Shown here piece by piece: positions 1-12,835 of a stretch of 64,000 nucleotides of DNA. The position numbers and the translations under genes were made by a program. The notes beneath the pieces were generated by a model, which saw only the letters and a program-made list of their open reading frames with translations, ran no database searches and had not been told where the DNA came from. Position 1 is the stretch's first letter. Each line of letters starts with the position of its first letter. The stretch is from NCBI RefSeq assembly GCF_000026545.1, contig NC_011601.1. The stretch is one strand, 5' to 3'. This DNA is from Escherichia coli O127:H6 str. E2348/69. Lineage in GTDB: Bacteria; Pseudomonadota; Gammaproteobacteria; Enterobacterales; Enterobacteriaceae.

Positions 1-30
1 CAAAGCGACCATCATTAAACGTTTAAACAT
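1..30 (-). CDS. mlaC: MlaC phospholipid-binding periplasmic protein, first 10 codons only (gene continues beyond window start)
   Basis: Reverse complement of 1-30 reads ATG TTT AAA CGT TTA ATG ATG GTC GCT TTG (MFKRLMMVAL); GGAGAA RBS upstream; sits downstream of mlaD in the mla operon. Confidence 0.8.
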   Translation of the reverse strand, partial: MFKRLMMVAL

Positions 31-48
31 GCGTCGGTTCTCCTGAAA

Positions 49-600
49 TTATTTCGTTGTACCCACAGGTTCAGTGGTTTCATTATTACCTGGCGCAGCA
101 GCTGGCGCATCGCCACTATTCTTATTGTCATCGCCTTTACTACCGTAAAGGAACTGACCAATGAGATCTTCCAGCACCATCGCAGACTTGGTGTCCTGAA
201 TTGTATCGCCATCCTTCAGGATAGCAGTCCCCAGTTCCGGGTCTTCAAAACCGACGTTTAATGCCAGATATTGTTCCCCCAGCAGGCCGGAAGTACGAAT
301 GCTCAGCGAACTGGTATCAGGAATGTGGTTATAACGTTGTTCAATTTCCAGCGTTACGCGCGGCAGATAGGTTTTCGGGTCCAGCGTAATATCCGCCACC
401 CGGCCCACAACAACGCCACCAATGCTGACCGGAGAGCGCGCTTTCAGGCCGCCAATGTTATCGAACGTCGCATAAAGCGTATAGGTCGGTTCAGTACGTA
501 TAGACGTCACGTTCGCTGCCTTCAGGCAAACAAACAGCGCCGCCAGTAGTGCTGCTAATAAAAAGATACCCACCCAAATTTCATTTTTTTTCGTTTGCAT
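49..600 (-). CDS. mlaD: MlaD, MCE-domain periplasmic component of the Mla phospholipid transport system
   Basis: ORF 49..615; start taken at MQTKKNEIWVGIFLLAALL, 183 aa, matching known MlaD. Confidence 0.93.
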   Translation of the reverse strand: MQTKKNEIWVGIFLLAALLAALFVCLKAANVTSIRTEPTYTLYATFDNIGGLKARSPVSIGGVVVGRVADITLDPKTYLPRVTLEIEQRYNHIPDTSSLSIRTSGLLGEQYLALNVGFEDPELGTAILKDGDTIQDTKSAMVLEDLIGQFLYGSKGDDNKNSGDAPAAAPGNNETTEPVGTTK

Positions 601-604
601 GAAC

Positions 605-2204
<1,600 letters not shown>

Positions 2205-2413
2205 AATTCACCCTTCGTCTTGCGTTGATTTTCTAAGCATGGCGCTCAATTTAACCTTGAACCCAACATATTTACAGAATATTACCTGCCGTGGTTAGCG
2301 AAAGCTGGCATTTGTTTTACTTTTTAGCCGCATAAAGTCAAAATTAAGAATCTGTTACGGCTTTCTGAAAATCTTCAGCGGACCGGCGAGTATACCTGAA
2401 GAAAGGACGTTAG

Positions 2414-3391
2414 ATGCTTTTAGCTACGGCACTGTTAATTGTTGGTTTACTTTTGGTCGTTTACAGTGCCGACCGCCTGGTTTTTGCCGCGTCTATTCTT
2501 TGCCGAACCTTTGGCATCCCGCCGTTGATCATCGGCATGACGGTGGTCAGTATTGGTACATCGTTACCAGAAATCATCGTCTCGCTTGCCGCGTCTTTGC
2601 ACGAACAACGCGATTTAGCCGTTGGTACAGCCCTCGGCTCAAACATTATCAATATATTGCTGATCCTCGGTCTGGCTGCGCTGGTTCGTCCTTTTACCGT
2701 CCATTCTGATGTTCTACGCCGTGAATTACCCTTAATGTTGTTGGTCAGCGTGGTGGCCGGTTCCGTACTCTATGACGGACAACTTAGTCGCAGCGATGGT
2801 ATCTTTCTCCTCTTTCTGGCTGTGCTATGGCTGCTGTTCATTGTTAAACTTGCACGTCAGGCTGAACGTCAGGGGACTGACAGCCTGACCAGAGAGCAGC
2901 TTGCAGAGCTGCCGCGTGACGGCGGATTGCCCGTCGCGTTTTTATGGCTCGGCATTGCGCTTATCATCATGCCAGTGGCCACGCGGATGGTGGTTGATAA
3001 CGCCACGGTGCTGGCGAATTACTTTGCCATCAGCGAGTTGACGATGGGTCTGACGGCAATTGCTATCGGAACCAGCCTGCCGGAACTGGCAACCGCAATA
3101 GCGGGGGTTCGCAAAGGTGAAAACGACATTGCGGTCGGAAATATCATTGGCGCAAACATTTTTAATATTGTCATCGTGTTGGGTTTACCCGCGCTGATAA
3201 CGCCAGGAGAGATTGATCCACTGGCGTACAGTCGTGACTACAGCGTGATGTTGCTGGTGAGCATTATTTTTGCGTTGCTATGCTGGCGGCGCTCCCCGCA
3301 ACCGGGCCGTGGTGTAGGGGTATTATTAACTGGCGGATTTATCGTATGGCTGGCGATGTTGTACTGGTTATCGCCAATACTCGTTGAATAA
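2414..3391 (+). CDS. yrbG: YrbG, CaCA-family inner-membrane cation antiporter-like protein
   Basis: 325 aa, two internally repeated hydrophobic halves with GTSLPE motifs; divergent from mlaF. Confidence 0.93.
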   Translation: MLLATALLIVGLLLVVYSADRLVFAASILCRTFGIPPLIIGMTVVSIGTSLPEIIVSLAASLHEQRDLAVGTALGSNIINILLILGLAALVRPFTVHSDVLRRELPLMLLVSVVAGSVLYDGQLSRSDGIFLLFLAVLWLLFIVKLARQAERQGTDSLTREQLAELPRDGGLPVAFLWLGIALIIMPVATRMVVDNATVLANYFAISELTMGLTAIAIGTSLPELATAIAGVRKGENDIAVGNIIGANIFNIVIVLGLPALITPGEIDPLAYSRDYSVMLLVSIIFALLCWRRSPQPGRGVGVLLTGGFIVWLAMLYWLSPILVE

Positions 3392-3404
3392 CTGGAAACG
3401 CATT

Positions 3405-4391
3405 ATGTCGCACGTAGAGTTACAACCGGGTTTTGACTTTCAGCAAGCAGGTAAAGAAGTCCTGGCGATTGAACGTGAATGCCTGGCGGAGCTTGATCAA
3501 TACATCAATCAGAATTTCACGCTTGCCTGTGAAAAGATGTTCTGGTGTAAAGGGAAAGTTGTCGTCATGGGGATGGGGAAATCGGGGCACATCGGGCGCA
3601 AAATGGCAGCAACATTTGCCAGCACCGGTACACCTTCATTTTTCGTCCATCCTGGTGAAGCCGCGCATGGTGATTTAGGCATGGTCACCCCGCAGGATGT
3701 GGTGATTGCTATCTCTAACTCAGGTGAATCCAGCGAAATCACGGCCTTAATTCCAGTGCTTAAGCGTCTTCACGTACCGTTAATCTGCATCACCGGTCGC
3801 CCGGAGAGCAGCATGGCGCGCGCCGCAGATGTGCATCTGTGTGTTAAAGTAGCGAAAGAAGCCTGTCCGTTAGGGCTGGCACCGACCAGCAGCACAACCG
3901 CCACGCTGGTTATGGGCGATGCCCTCGCTGTCGCGCTGTTAAAAGCACGCGGCTTTACTGCTGAAGATTTTGCGCTCTCACACCCAGGCGGCGCACTGGG
4001 TCGTAAACTTCTGCTGCGCGTAAACGATATTATGCATACGGGCGATGAGATCCCGCATGTTAAGAAAACGGCCAGTCTGCGTGACGCATTGCTGGAAGTT
4101 ACCCGCAAAAATCTTGGTATGACTGTCATTTGCGATGACAATATGATGATTGAAGGCATCTTTACCGACGGTGATTTACGCCGTGTCTTCGATATGGGTG
4201 TGGATGTTCGTCAGTTAAGTATTGCCGATGTGATGACACCGGGGGGAATACGCGTGCGCCCAGGCATTCTGGCCGTTGAGGCACTGAACTTAATGCAGTC
4301 CCGCCATATCACCTCCGTGATGGTTGCCGATGGCGACCATTTACTCGGTGTGTTACATATGCATGATTTACTGCGTGCAGGCGTAGTGTAA
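3405..4391 (+). CDS. kdsD: KdsD, D-arabinose 5-phosphate isomerase (SIS plus tandem CBS domains)
   Basis: ORF 3384..4391; start moved to ATG at 3405 (MSHVELQPGFDF), 328 aa. Confidence 0.93.
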   Translation: MSHVELQPGFDFQQAGKEVLAIERECLAELDQYINQNFTLACEKMFWCKGKVVVMGMGKSGHIGRKMAATFASTGTPSFFVHPGEAAHGDLGMVTPQDVVIAISNSGESSEITALIPVLKRLHVPLICITGRPESSMARAADVHLCVKVAKEACPLGLAPTSSTTATLVMGDALAVALLKARGFTAEDFALSHPGGALGRKLLLRVNDIMHTGDEIPHVKKTASLRDALLEVTRKNLGMTVICDDNMMIEGIFTDGDLRRVFDMGVDVRQLSIADVMTPGGIRVRPGILAVEALNLMQSRHITSVMVADGDHLLGVLHMHDLLRAGVV

Positions 4392-4411
4392 AGATTCAAG
4401 GATAAACAACA

Positions 4412-4978
4412 ATGAGCAAAGCAGGTGCGTCGCTTGCGACCTGTTACGGCCCTGTCAGCGCCGACGTTATAGCAAAAGCAGAGAACATTCGTCTGCTGAT
4501 CCTCGATGTCGATGGCGTACTGTCAGATGGCCTGATTTATATGGGCAATAACGGCGAAGAGCTGAAAGCGTTCAATGTTCGTGACGGTTATGGCATTCGT
4601 TGTGCGCTCACCTCTGATATTGAAGTCGCTATCATTACCGGGCGAAAGGCTAAACTGGTAGAAGATCGTTGTGCCACATTGGGGATCACTCACTTGTATC
4701 AGGGGCAGTCAAACAAACTGATCGCCTTTAGCGATCTGCTGGAAAAACTGGCGATTGCCCCGGAAAATGTGGCTTATGTCGGCGATGATCTCATCGACTG
4801 GCCGGTAATGGAAAAAGTGGGTTTAAGCGTCGCCGTGGCCGATGCGCATCCACTGTTGATCCCGCGCGCCGATTACGTAACGCGCATTGCTGGCGGTCGT
4901 GGCGCAGTGCGAGAAGTTTGCGACTTATTACTCCTGGCGCAGGGCAAACTGGATGAAGCCAAAGGGCAATCGATATGA
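4412..4978 (+). CDS. kdsC: KdsC, KDO 8-phosphate phosphatase (HAD family)
   Basis: 188 aa, HAD motif LLILDVDGVLSDG; stop overlaps lptC start. Confidence 0.95.
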   Translation: MSKAGASLATCYGPVSADVIAKAENIRLLILDVDGVLSDGLIYMGNNGEELKAFNVRDGYGIRCALTSDIEVAIITGRKAKLVEDRCATLGITHLYQGQSNKLIAFSDLLEKLAIAPENVAYVGDDLIDWPVMEKVGLSVAVADAHPLLIPRADYVTRIAGGRGAVREVCDLLLLAQGKLDEAKGQSI

Positions 4979-5550
4979 GTAAAGCCAGACGTTGGGTTAT
5001 CATTGTGCTATCACTGGCGGTTCTGGTGATGATCGGCATTAATATGGCCGAAAAAGACGATACCGCCCAGGTGGTCGTCAACAACAATGATCCCACCTAT
5101 AAAAGCGAGCATACGGACACGCTCGTCTATAACCCAGAAGGGGCACTAAGCTATCGATTGATTGCTCAACACGTTGAATATTATTCCGATCAGGCCGTTT
5201 CGTGGTTTACGCAGCCGGTACTTACCACGTTTGATAAGGATAAAATCCCGACATGGTCCGTAAAAGCAGATAAAGCCAAGCTGACCAATGACAGGATGCT
5301 CTATTTATATGGACACGTTGAAGTCAATGCACTCGTGCCGGACTCTCAACTTCGCAGAATCACGACGGATAACGCGCAGATCAATCTGGTGACGCAGGAT
5401 GTTACCTCTGAAGACCTCGTCACGTTATACGGAACAACATTTAACTCCAGCGGTCTGAAAATGCGCGGCAACTTACGCAGCAAGAACGCCGAGCTGATTG
5501 AAAAGGTTAGAACATCCTATGAAATTCAAAACAAACAAACTCAGCCTTAA
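4975..5550 (+). CDS. lptC: LptC, LPS export inner-membrane anchored protein
   Basis: 191 aa, N-terminal TM helix; operon context kdsC-lptC-lptA-lptB. Confidence 0.95.
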   Translation: MSKARRWVIIVLSLAVLVMIGINMAEKDDTAQVVVNNNDPTYKSEHTDTLVYNPEGALSYRLIAQHVEYYSDQAVSWFTQPVLTTFDKDKIPTWSVKADKAKLTNDRMLYLYGHVEVNALVPDSQLRRITTDNAQINLVTQDVTSEDLVTLYGTTFNSSGLKMRGNLRSKNAELIEKVRTSYEIQNKQTQP

Positions 5551-6076
5551 TCTTGTGCTTGCCAGCTCACTTCTGGCCGCCAGCATTCCGGCATTTGCCG
5601 TAACCGGAGACACTGATCAGCCGATCCACATTGAATCGGACCAGCAATCTCTTGATATGCAAGGCAACGTGGTTACCTTTACCGGTAATGTCATCGTCAC
5701 CCAGGGCACCATCAAAATTAATGCCGACAAAGTGGTCGTTACCCGTCCGGGCGGCGAACAAGGTAAAGAAGTGATTGACGGCTACGGTAAACCGGCAACG
5801 TTCTACCAGATGCAGGACAACGGTAAACCCGTTGAAGGTCACGCTTCCCAGATGCACTACGAACTGGCAAAAGATTTTGTCGTTCTGACGGGTAATGCTT
5901 ATCTGCAGCAGGTCGATAGCAACATTAAGGGCGATAAGATCACTTACCTGGTGAAAGAGCAGAAAATGCAGGCTTTCAGCGACAAAGGCAAGCGCGTAAC
6001 CACCGTTCTGGTGCCGTCGCAGCTGCAGGACAAAAACAATAAAGGTCAGACCCCGGCACAGAAGAAGGGTAATTAA
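5519..6076 (+). CDS. lptA: LptA, periplasmic LPS transport protein
   Basis: ORF 5498..6076; start at ATG 5519 (MKFKTNKLSLNLVLASSLLAASIPAFA signal peptide), 185 aa. Confidence 0.93.
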   Translation: MKFKTNKLSLNLVLASSLLAASIPAFAVTGDTDQPIHIESDQQSLDMQGNVVTFTGNVIVTQGTIKINADKVVVTRPGGEQGKEVIDGYGKPATFYQMQDNGKPVEGHASQMHYELAKDFVVLTGNAYLQQVDSNIKGDKITYLVKEQKMQAFSDKGKRVTTVLVPSQLQDKNNKGQTPAQKKGN

Positions 6077-6082
6077 TTCGTT

Positions 6083-6808
6083 ATGGCAACATTAACTGCA
6101 AAGAACCTTGCAAAAGCCTATAAAGGCCGTCGCGTGGTAGAAGACGTCAGCCTGACCGTCAACTCCGGGGAGATTGTCGGTCTGCTGGGGCCAAACGGTG
6201 CCGGTAAGACCACCACTTTCTACATGGTTGTTGGCATTGTGCCGCGCGATGCGGGCAACATCATTATTGATGATGACGATATCAGTCTGCTGCCTCTACA
6301 TGCACGCGCGCGCCGCGGTATCGGCTATCTGCCGCAGGAAGCCTCCATTTTCCGTCGCCTCAGCGTTTACGATAACCTGATGGCGGTACTGCAAATTCGT
6401 GATGACTTGTCTGCTGAACAACGTGAAGACCGCGCGAACGAGCTGATGGAAGAATTTCACATTGAGCACCTGCGTGACAGCATGGGGCAGTCACTCTCCG
6501 GGGGTGAACGTCGCCGTGTAGAAATTGCCCGCGCACTGGCTGCGAATCCGAAATTTATTCTGCTCGACGAACCGTTTGCCGGGGTTGACCCGATCTCGGT
6601 TATCGACATTAAACGCATCATTGAGCACCTGCGCGACAGCGGCCTGGGCGTACTGATCACTGACCACAACGTGCGTGAAACACTGGCGGTTTGTGAGCGC
6701 GCTTATATCGTCAGTCAGGGGCATTTGATCGCCCACGGCACGCCTACAGAAATCTTACAAGACGAACACGTTAAGCGTGTATACCTTGGGGAAGACTTCA
6801 GACTCTGA
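6083..6808 (+). CDS. lptB: LptB, LPS export ABC transporter ATPase
   Basis: 241 aa, Walker [13 protein letters not shown] signature LSGGERRR. Confidence 0.96.
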
Positions 6809-6855
6809 TAGGGTAGAAGTTTGCGACGTTTTAGCAGGAGAGTACGATTCTGAAC

Positions 6856-8289
6856 ATGAAGCAAGGTTTGCAACTCAGGCTTAGCCAACAACTGGCGATG
6901 ACGCCACAGCTCCAACAGGCAATTCGTCTGTTGCAGTTGTCGACGCTGGAACTTCAGCAGGAGCTACAGCAGGCGCTGGAGAGCAATCCGCTGCTTGAGC
7001 AAATCGACACTCATGAAGAAATCGACACCCGCGAAACGCAAGACAGTGAAACACTGGACACCGCCGACGCGCTCGAACAAAAAGAGATGCCGGAAGAGCT
7101 GCCGCTCGATGCCAGTTGGGACACCATTTACACCGCTGGTACACCATCCGGCACCAGCGGTGACTACATTGACGACGAGCTGCCGGTCTATCAGGGCGAA
7201 ACGACGCAGACCTTACAGGATTACCTGATGTGGCAGGTCGAGTTGACACCGTTTTCCGACACTGACCGCGCTATTGCTACCTCTATCGTCGATGCCGTTG
7301 ATGACACCGGTTATCTGACTGTCCCGCTGGAAGATATTCTCGAAAGTATGGGCGATGAAGAGATTGACATCGACGAAGTTGAAGCCGTCCTTAAGCGGAT
7401 CCAACGGTTTGATCCGGTCGGTGTGGCGGCAAAAGATCTGCGTGACTGCCTGCTGATCCAACTCTCCCAATTCGATAAGACCACGCCATGGCTGGAAGAG
7501 GCAAGACTGATCATTAGCGATCATCTCGATCTATTAGCCAATCACGACTTCCGCACTTTAATGCGCATCACGCGTCTGAAAGAAGATGTGCTGAAAGAAG
7601 CCGTCAATCTGATCCAGTCGCTCGATCCGCGCCCCGGGCAGTCGATCCAGACTGGCGAACCTGAGTATGTCATTCCAGATGTGCTGGTGCGTAAGCATAA
7701 CGGTCACTGGACGGTAGAACTCAACAGTGACAGCATTCCGCGTCTGCAAATCAACCAGCACTACGCCTCGATGTGCAATAACGCGCGCAACGATGGTGAT
7801 AGCCAGTTTATCCGCAGCAATCTGCAGGATGCCAAATGGTTGATCAAGAGTCTGGAAAGCCGTAACGATACGCTACTGCGCGTGAGTCGCTGTATCGTTG
7901 AACAGCAGCAAGCCTTCTTTGAACAAGGCGAAGAATATATGAAACCGATGGTACTGGCCGATATCGCCCAGGCTGTCGAAATGCATGAATCGACGATATC
8001 TCGCGTGACCACGCAAAAATACCTGCATAGTCCACGAGGCATTTTTGAACTAAAGTATTTCTTTTCCAGTCACGTCAATACCGAGGGCGGCGGCGAAGCT
8101 TCCTCCACGGCTATTCGTGCGCTGGTGAAGAAATTAATCGCGGCGGAAAACCCAGCGAAACCGTTGAGCGACAGCAAGTTAACCTCTTTGCTGTCGGAAC
8201 AAGGTATCATGGTGGCACGCCGCACTGTTGCGAAGTACCGAGAGTCTTTATCCATTCCGCCGTCAAACCAGCGTAAACAACTCGTTTGA
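6856..8289 (+). CDS. rpoN: RpoN, RNA polymerase sigma-54 factor
   Basis: 477 aa, Gln-rich N-terminus, acidic region, C-terminal RpoN box [10 protein letters not shown]. Confidence 0.97.
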   Translation: MKQGLQLRLSQQLAMTPQLQQAIRLLQLSTLELQQELQQALESNPLLEQIDTHEEIDTRETQDSETLDTADALEQKEMPEELPLDASWDTIYTAGTPSGTSGDYIDDELPVYQGETTQTLQDYLMWQVELTPFSDTDRAIATSIVDAVDDTGYLTVPLEDILESMGDEEIDIDEVEAVLKRIQRFDPVGVAAKDLRDCLLIQLSQFDKTTPWLEEARLIISDHLDLLANHDFRTLMRITRLKEDVLKEAVNLIQSLDPRPGQSIQTGEPEYVIPDVLVRKHNGHWTVELNSDSIPRLQINQHYASMCNNARNDGDSQFIRSNLQDAKWLIKSLESRNDTLLRVSRCIVEQQQAFFEQGEEYMKPMVLADIAQAVEMHESTISRVTTQKYLHSPRGIFELKYFFSSHVNTEGGGEASSTAIRALVKKLIAAENPAKPLSDSKLTSLLSEQGIMVARRTVAKYRESLSIPPSNQRKQLV

Positions 8290-8311
8290 CCCAACCGATA
8301 AGGAAGACACT

Positions 8312-8599
8312 ATGCAGCTCAACATTACCGGAAATAACGTCGAGATCACCGAGGCACTGCGCGAATTTGTTACAGCCAAATTTGCCAAACTTGAGCAATA
8401 TTTTGACCGAATCAACCAGGTCTATGTTGTTCTGAAAGTGGAGAAAGTCACCCACACCTCAGATGCAACACTGCATGTAAACGGTGGTGAAATTCATGCC
8501 AGCGCGGAAGGTCAGGACATGTACGCTGCCATTGATGGCTTAATTGATAAGCTGGCACGCCAGTTGACCAAACATAAAGATAAACTGAAACAACACTAA
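8312..8599 (+). CDS. hpf: Hpf, ribosome hibernation promoting factor
   Basis: ORF 8228..8599; start at ATG 8312 (MQLNITGNNVEITEALREF), 95 aa. Confidence 0.93.
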   Translation: MQLNITGNNVEITEALREFVTAKFAKLEQYFDRINQVYVVLKVEKVTHTSDATLHVNGGEIHASAEGQDMYAAIDGLIDKLARQLTKHKDKLKQH

Positions 8600-8716
8600 T
8601 TGTCCGGGCAATTAGCATGTGCATGGCGGCCTGTTGTGCGGCACAACGGGCCATTTGTACGGTTAATGCTCCGAGCCTGTTCCACTGTTTGAGTGGGCAG
8701 GTTCTTAGGTGAAATT

Positions 8717-9208
8717 ATGACAAATAATGATACAACTCTACAGCTTAGCAGTGTTCTTAACAGGGAATGTACGCGAAGCCGCGTCCACTGTCAGAGCAAA
8801 AAACGCGCCCTGGAAATCATCAGCGAGCTGGCAGCGAAACAACTTAGCCTGGCGCCTCAGGTGGTTTTTGAAGCTATCCTGACGCGGGAAAAAATGGGCA
8901 GTACCGGTATCGGCAATGGTATTGCCATTCCGCATGGCAAACTGGAAGAAGATACTCTGCGTGCCGTTGGCGTTTTCGTTCAGCTCGAAACGCCTATAGC
9001 TTTCGATGCCATCGACAACCAACCGGTGGACTTACTTTTTGCCCTGCTGGTGCCGGCAGACCAAACTAAAACGCACCTGCATACTCTGTCGCTGGTGGCG
9101 AAACGTCTGGCGGACAAAACCATCTGCCGCCGTTTACGCGCAGCCCAGAGCGATGAAGAGCTGTATCAAATCATTACGGATACCGAAGGTACTCCGGATG
9201 AAGCGTAG
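8717..9208 (+). CDS. ptsN: PtsN (EIIA-Ntr), nitrogen-related PTS component
   Basis: ORF 8693..9208; start at ATG 8717 (MTNNDTTLQLSSVL), 163 aa. Confidence 0.93.
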   Translation: MTNNDTTLQLSSVLNRECTRSRVHCQSKKRALEIISELAAKQLSLAPQVVFEAILTREKMGSTGIGNGIAIPHGKLEEDTLRAVGVFVQLETPIAFDAIDNQPVDLLFALLVPADQTKTHLHTLSLVAKRLADKTICRRLRAAQSDEELYQIITDTEGTPDEA

Positions 9209-9253
9209 TTATTCGGTAATGTCTCTTTTAGACGTTGTGAGGAGAAACAGTAC

Positions 9254-10108
9254 ATGGTACTGATGATCGTCAGCGGACGTTCAGGTTCAGGTAAATCTGT
9301 CGCCCTGCGTGCGCTGGAAGATATGGGTTTTTACTGCGTGGATAACCTTCCCGTAGTGTTGTTACCCGATCTGGCTCGAACTCTGGCCGATCGAGAGATT
9401 TCTGCCGCCGTCAGCATTGATGTTCGTAATATGCCGGAGTCACCAGAAATATTCGAACAGGCGATGAGTAACCTGCCTGACGCTTTCTCACCGCAACTCC
9501 TGTTCCTGGATGCCGACCGTAATACCTTAATTCGTCGTTACAGTGACACGCGCCGACTGCATCCGCTTTCCAGCAAAAACCTGTCGCTGGAAAGTGCTAT
9601 CGACAAAGAAAGCGATTTGCTGGAGCCTCTGCGTTCGCGAGCGGATCTGATTGTCGATACCTCAGAAATGTCCGTTCACGAGCTGGCAGAAATGCTGCGT
9701 ACCCGTCTGCTGGGTAAACGTGAACGTGAACTGACCATGGTCTTTGAGTCTTTCGGCTTCAAACACGGTATCCCTATCGATGCAGATTACGTCTTTGACG
9801 TGCGCTTCTTGCCGAACCCGCACTGGGATCCGAAACTGCGTCCAATGACAGGTCTTGATAAACCTGTCGCCGCGTTCCTCGACCGCCACACAGAAGTACA
9901 CAATTTTATCTACCAGACGCGAAGCTATCTTGAGCTATGGTTACCTATGCTGGAAACCAACAACCGTAGCTACCTGACGGTCGCCATTGGTTGTACCGGC
10001 GGGAAGCACCGTTCGGTGTATATTGCAGAGCAACTGGCAGACTACTTCCGCTCGCGCGGTAAAAACGTCCAGTCACGCCATCGGACGCTGGAAAAACGTA
10101 AACCATGA
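9254..10108 (+). CDS. rapZ: RapZ (YhbJ), RNase adaptor protein with P-loop
   Basis: 284 aa, Walker A GRSGSGKS at N-terminus; operon context. Confidence 0.95.
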
Positions 10109-10377
10109 CCGTCAAGCAAACTGTTGAAATCACAAACAAGCTGGGCATGCATGCCCGGCCTGCAATGAAGCTGTTTGAATTAATGCAGGGTTTTGACGCT
10201 GAAGTGCTGTTACGTAATGACGAAGGCACCGAGGCTGAAGCCAACAGCGTTATTGCGCTGCTGATGTTGGATTCTGCCAAAGGACGGCAGATTGAAGTTG
10301 AAGCGACCGGTCCACAGGAAGAGGAAGCACTGGCCGCCGTTATCGCCCTCTTTAACTCTGGTTTTGATGAAGATTAA
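10105..10377 (+). CDS. npr: NPr, HPr-like phosphocarrier protein of the nitrogen PTS
   Basis: 90 aa, HPr-like fold signature GMHARPA; start overlaps rapZ stop. Confidence 0.95.
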
Positions 10378-10522
10378 TCTTCATCACTTTGACATTCAAA
10401 TCCCTTCAAGCTCCCCCGGCAATAAGAAAAGCGCGTACTGAAATCGTTATCAATCAACGTCGATTGTACATTTCGTGCGCTTTTTACTTTCAGAAGAACC
10501 TTAAGAAAACCTTAAGAAGCAT

Positions 10523-10539
10523 TGTTTAGATTTCGTTTA
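10523..10539 (+). promoter_or_regulatory. PhoP box upstream of yrbL
   Basis: Direct repeat TGTTTA-GATTT-CGTTTA (hexamer-5 nt-hexamer) ending 11 bp before a CATACT -10-like hexamer, 51 bp upstream of the yrbL ATG. Confidence 0.7.
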
Positions 10540-10589
10540 AGTTAATCGACCATACTGGAGATCGTCAGAAAATATTTCCAGGAGATGGC

Positions 10590-11222
10590 ATGATTCGCTT
10601 ATCTGAACAAAGTCCCCTGGGCACCGGAAGACATCGGAAATGTTATGCGCATCCGGAAGATGCCCAACGCTGTATCAAGATTGTCTACCATCGTGGCGAT
10701 GGTGGCGATAAAGAGATCCGCCGTGAGTTAAAGTACTACGCGCATCTTGGTCGCCGGTTAAAAGACTGGAGTGGAATACCGCGCTATCACGGTACCGTTG
10801 AGACGGATTGCGGAACCGGTTATGTCTACGATGTGATTGCCGATTTCGACGGCAAGCCTTCCATTACGCTGACCGAATTTGCAGAACAATGCCGTTACGA
10901 AGAAGACATTGCACAACTGCGCCAGTTACTGAAACAGCTGAAGCGTTATTTGCAGGATAACCGTATCGTGACGATGTCGCTGAAGCCGCAGAATATCCTC
11001 TGTCACCGCATCAGTGAGTCAGAGGTTACCCCCGTCGTCTGCGACAACATTGGTGAAAGCACATTGATTCCACTGGCGACCTGGTCGAAGTGGGGTTGTC
11101 TGCGTAAGCAAGAGCGGTTATGGAAACGATTTATCGCCCAACCGGCGCTGGCTATTGCCCTGCAGAAAGATCTGCAACCTCGTGAGAGCAAAACGCTGGC
11201 CCTCACTTCGCGCGAAGCTTAA
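10590..11222 (+). CDS. yrbL: YrbL, PhoP-regulated protein of unknown function
   Basis: 210 aa ORF preceded by a PhoP box; stop overlaps convergent mtgA stop. Confidence 0.92.
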   Translation: MIRLSEQSPLGTGRHRKCYAHPEDAQRCIKIVYHRGDGGDKEIRRELKYYAHLGRRLKDWSGIPRYHGTVETDCGTGYVYDVIADFDGKPSITLTEFAEQCRYEEDIAQLRQLLKQLKRYLQDNRIVTMSLKPQNILCHRISESEVTPVVCDNIGESTLIPLATWSKWGCLRKQERLWKRFIAQPALAIALQKDLQPRESKTLALTSREA

Positions 11223-11947
11223 TCAAGCTGGTGTTGTTGCATAAACGGCTCACCGCCTAACTGATACATCTGCCGTAAAATCCACGCCTGACGGCTACGC
11301 ACGTAGCCCGATGGCGCGGAGACTTTGAAACGAAGTGGATTAGGTAATACAGCTGCCAGTAATGCAGCTTGCGACCGGGTAAGTTTGCTCGCGGGTTTGT
11401 GGAAATAACGTTGTGCCGCAGCTTCGACGCCAAACACACCGTCGCCAAATTCGGCGATATTCAGGTAAACCGTCAGGATACGCTTTTTGCTCCAGACTGT
11501 TTCTATCCCCAGCGTTAATCCGGCTTCCAGCCCTTTTCGAACCCAGCTACGCCCATCCCATAAAAAGAGATTTTTGGCTGTCTGCTGAGAAATCGTTGAA
11601 GCACCGCGAATACGGTTTTCATTGCGCTCGTTGTGCGCCAGGGCTTGCTCAATGGAAGCGACATCAAAGCCCCAGTGCTCAGGAAATTTCTGATCTTCTG
11701 CGGCAATCACCGCCAGTCCCATCCACGGCGAGATTTGATCCATACTGACCCAGTCGGAATGTGCCACGTAACGAAAATTGCCATGCAGCCAAGCGCTGAC
11801 TTGCCGCTCGACCATTACCGCTGAGAAAGGAACAGGCGCAACGCTAAACAACGCGATGCCCCCGCCCCAGAAAATGGCGAGGACAACCATTAACCGCAGA
11901 AGAAAACGGCGAACGAAACTAAACACCGTTAAGCGGCTTTTACTCAT
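11219..11947 (-). CDS. mtgA: MtgA, monofunctional peptidoglycan glycosyltransferase
   Basis: 242 aa, N-terminal TM plus GT51 motifs ([19 protein letters not shown]). Confidence 0.95.
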   Translation of the reverse strand: MSKSRLTVFSFVRRFLLRLMVVLAIFWGGGIALFSVAPVPFSAVMVERQVSAWLHGNFRYVAHSDWVSMDQISPWMGLAVIAAEDQKFPEHWGFDVASIEQALAHNERNENRIRGASTISQQTAKNLFLWDGRSWVRKGLEAGLTLGIETVWSKKRILTVYLNIAEFGDGVFGVEAAAQRYFHKPASKLTRSQAALLAAVLPNPLRFKVSAPSGYVRSRQAWILRQMYQLGGEPFMQQHQLD

Positions 11948-12597
11948 TCAGCCAGAACCAGCACGCGGGAAGCCAGCTTATCAATGCCGCTCGCCGCTTC
12001 TGCAATGTTCTGCGCCAGCATATATGCCGGGGTGGTGACAATCTTATTGTCTTCATCAACCACGATATCATCGACAGGACACGGCACATGCTCCGCGCCC
12101 ATCTCTTCCAGCACTTCTGCGGTATCGATATCAGTACCGATGGTCAAACGCAGCGGGAAATCGAAAATTTTCGGCAGTATCGCCGGTGCAATACACATAA
12201 AACCAAGCGGTTTTCCGGCCTGATGCATCGCTTGTGCCAGCGCCTTTAATTCACGGTCAACGGTGCATTCGCTACCAAGACTGGCAAAATTGCTTAAATT
12301 CTTCGCCGCGCCAAAACCCCCCGGCACAATCAACGCATCCAGTTCAGCGGCATCGGCCTGGGCCAGAGGACGAATTTCACCGCGCGTTATTCGTGCCGCT
12401 TCAATCAGCACATTGCGCGTTTCCGTCATCGCTTCACCCGTTAAATGGTTGATAACATCAACCTGCTGCTTATCCGGTGCAAAGCAGACCGCCTGCGCAC
12501 CGCTGCGTGAAATAGCTAACAACGTCAACACCGCTTCATGAATTTCAGAACCGTCATAGACGCCGCATCCGCTCAGAATTACGCCAATTTTCTTCAT
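11944..12597 (-). CDS. elbB: ElbB, DJ-1/PfpI-family glyoxalase-like protein
   Basis: 217 aa, DJ-1/PfpI-like; stop overlaps mtgA start. Confidence 0.93.
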   Translation of the reverse strand: MKKIGVILSGCGVYDGSEIHEAVLTLLAISRSGAQAVCFAPDKQQVDVINHLTGEAMTETRNVLIEAARITRGEIRPLAQADAAELDALIVPGGFGAAKNLSNFASLGSECTVDRELKALAQAMHQAGKPLGFMCIAPAILPKIFDFPLRLTIGTDIDTAEVLEEMGAEHVPCPVDDIVVDEDNKIVTTPAYMLAQNIAEAASGIDKLASRVLVLAE

Positions 12598-12714
12598 TGT
12601 GATCTTCCTTTCGCAATTGACTGAAACACATTAATTTTTTTAATAAAAATGCTATGCATCACACATTTAACTGATTCATGTAACAAATCATTTAAGTTTT
12701 GCTATCTTAACTGC

Positions 12715-12835
12715 GTGCGGCCTGAAAAACAGTGCTGTGCCCTTGTAACTCATCATAATAATTTACGGCGCAGCCAAGATTTCCCTGGTGTTGGCGCAGT
12801 ATTCGCGCACCCCGGTCTAGCCGGGGTCATTTTTT
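12715..12835 (+). ncRNA. arcZ: ArcZ (SraH/RyhA) Hfq-dependent small RNA
   Basis: 121 nt stretch beginning GTGCGGCCTGAAAAACAGTGCTGTGCCC and ending in the GC hairpin CCCCGGTCTAGCCGGGG plus T-run, which I recognise as ArcZ; convergent with arcB and overlapping its stop codon. Confidence 0.85.

Noticed and set aside
11219-11222. Convergent yrbL and mtgA share the 4-bp TTAA containing both stop codons
   Set aside because: Real, but a common compact arrangement; not evidence of anything new.
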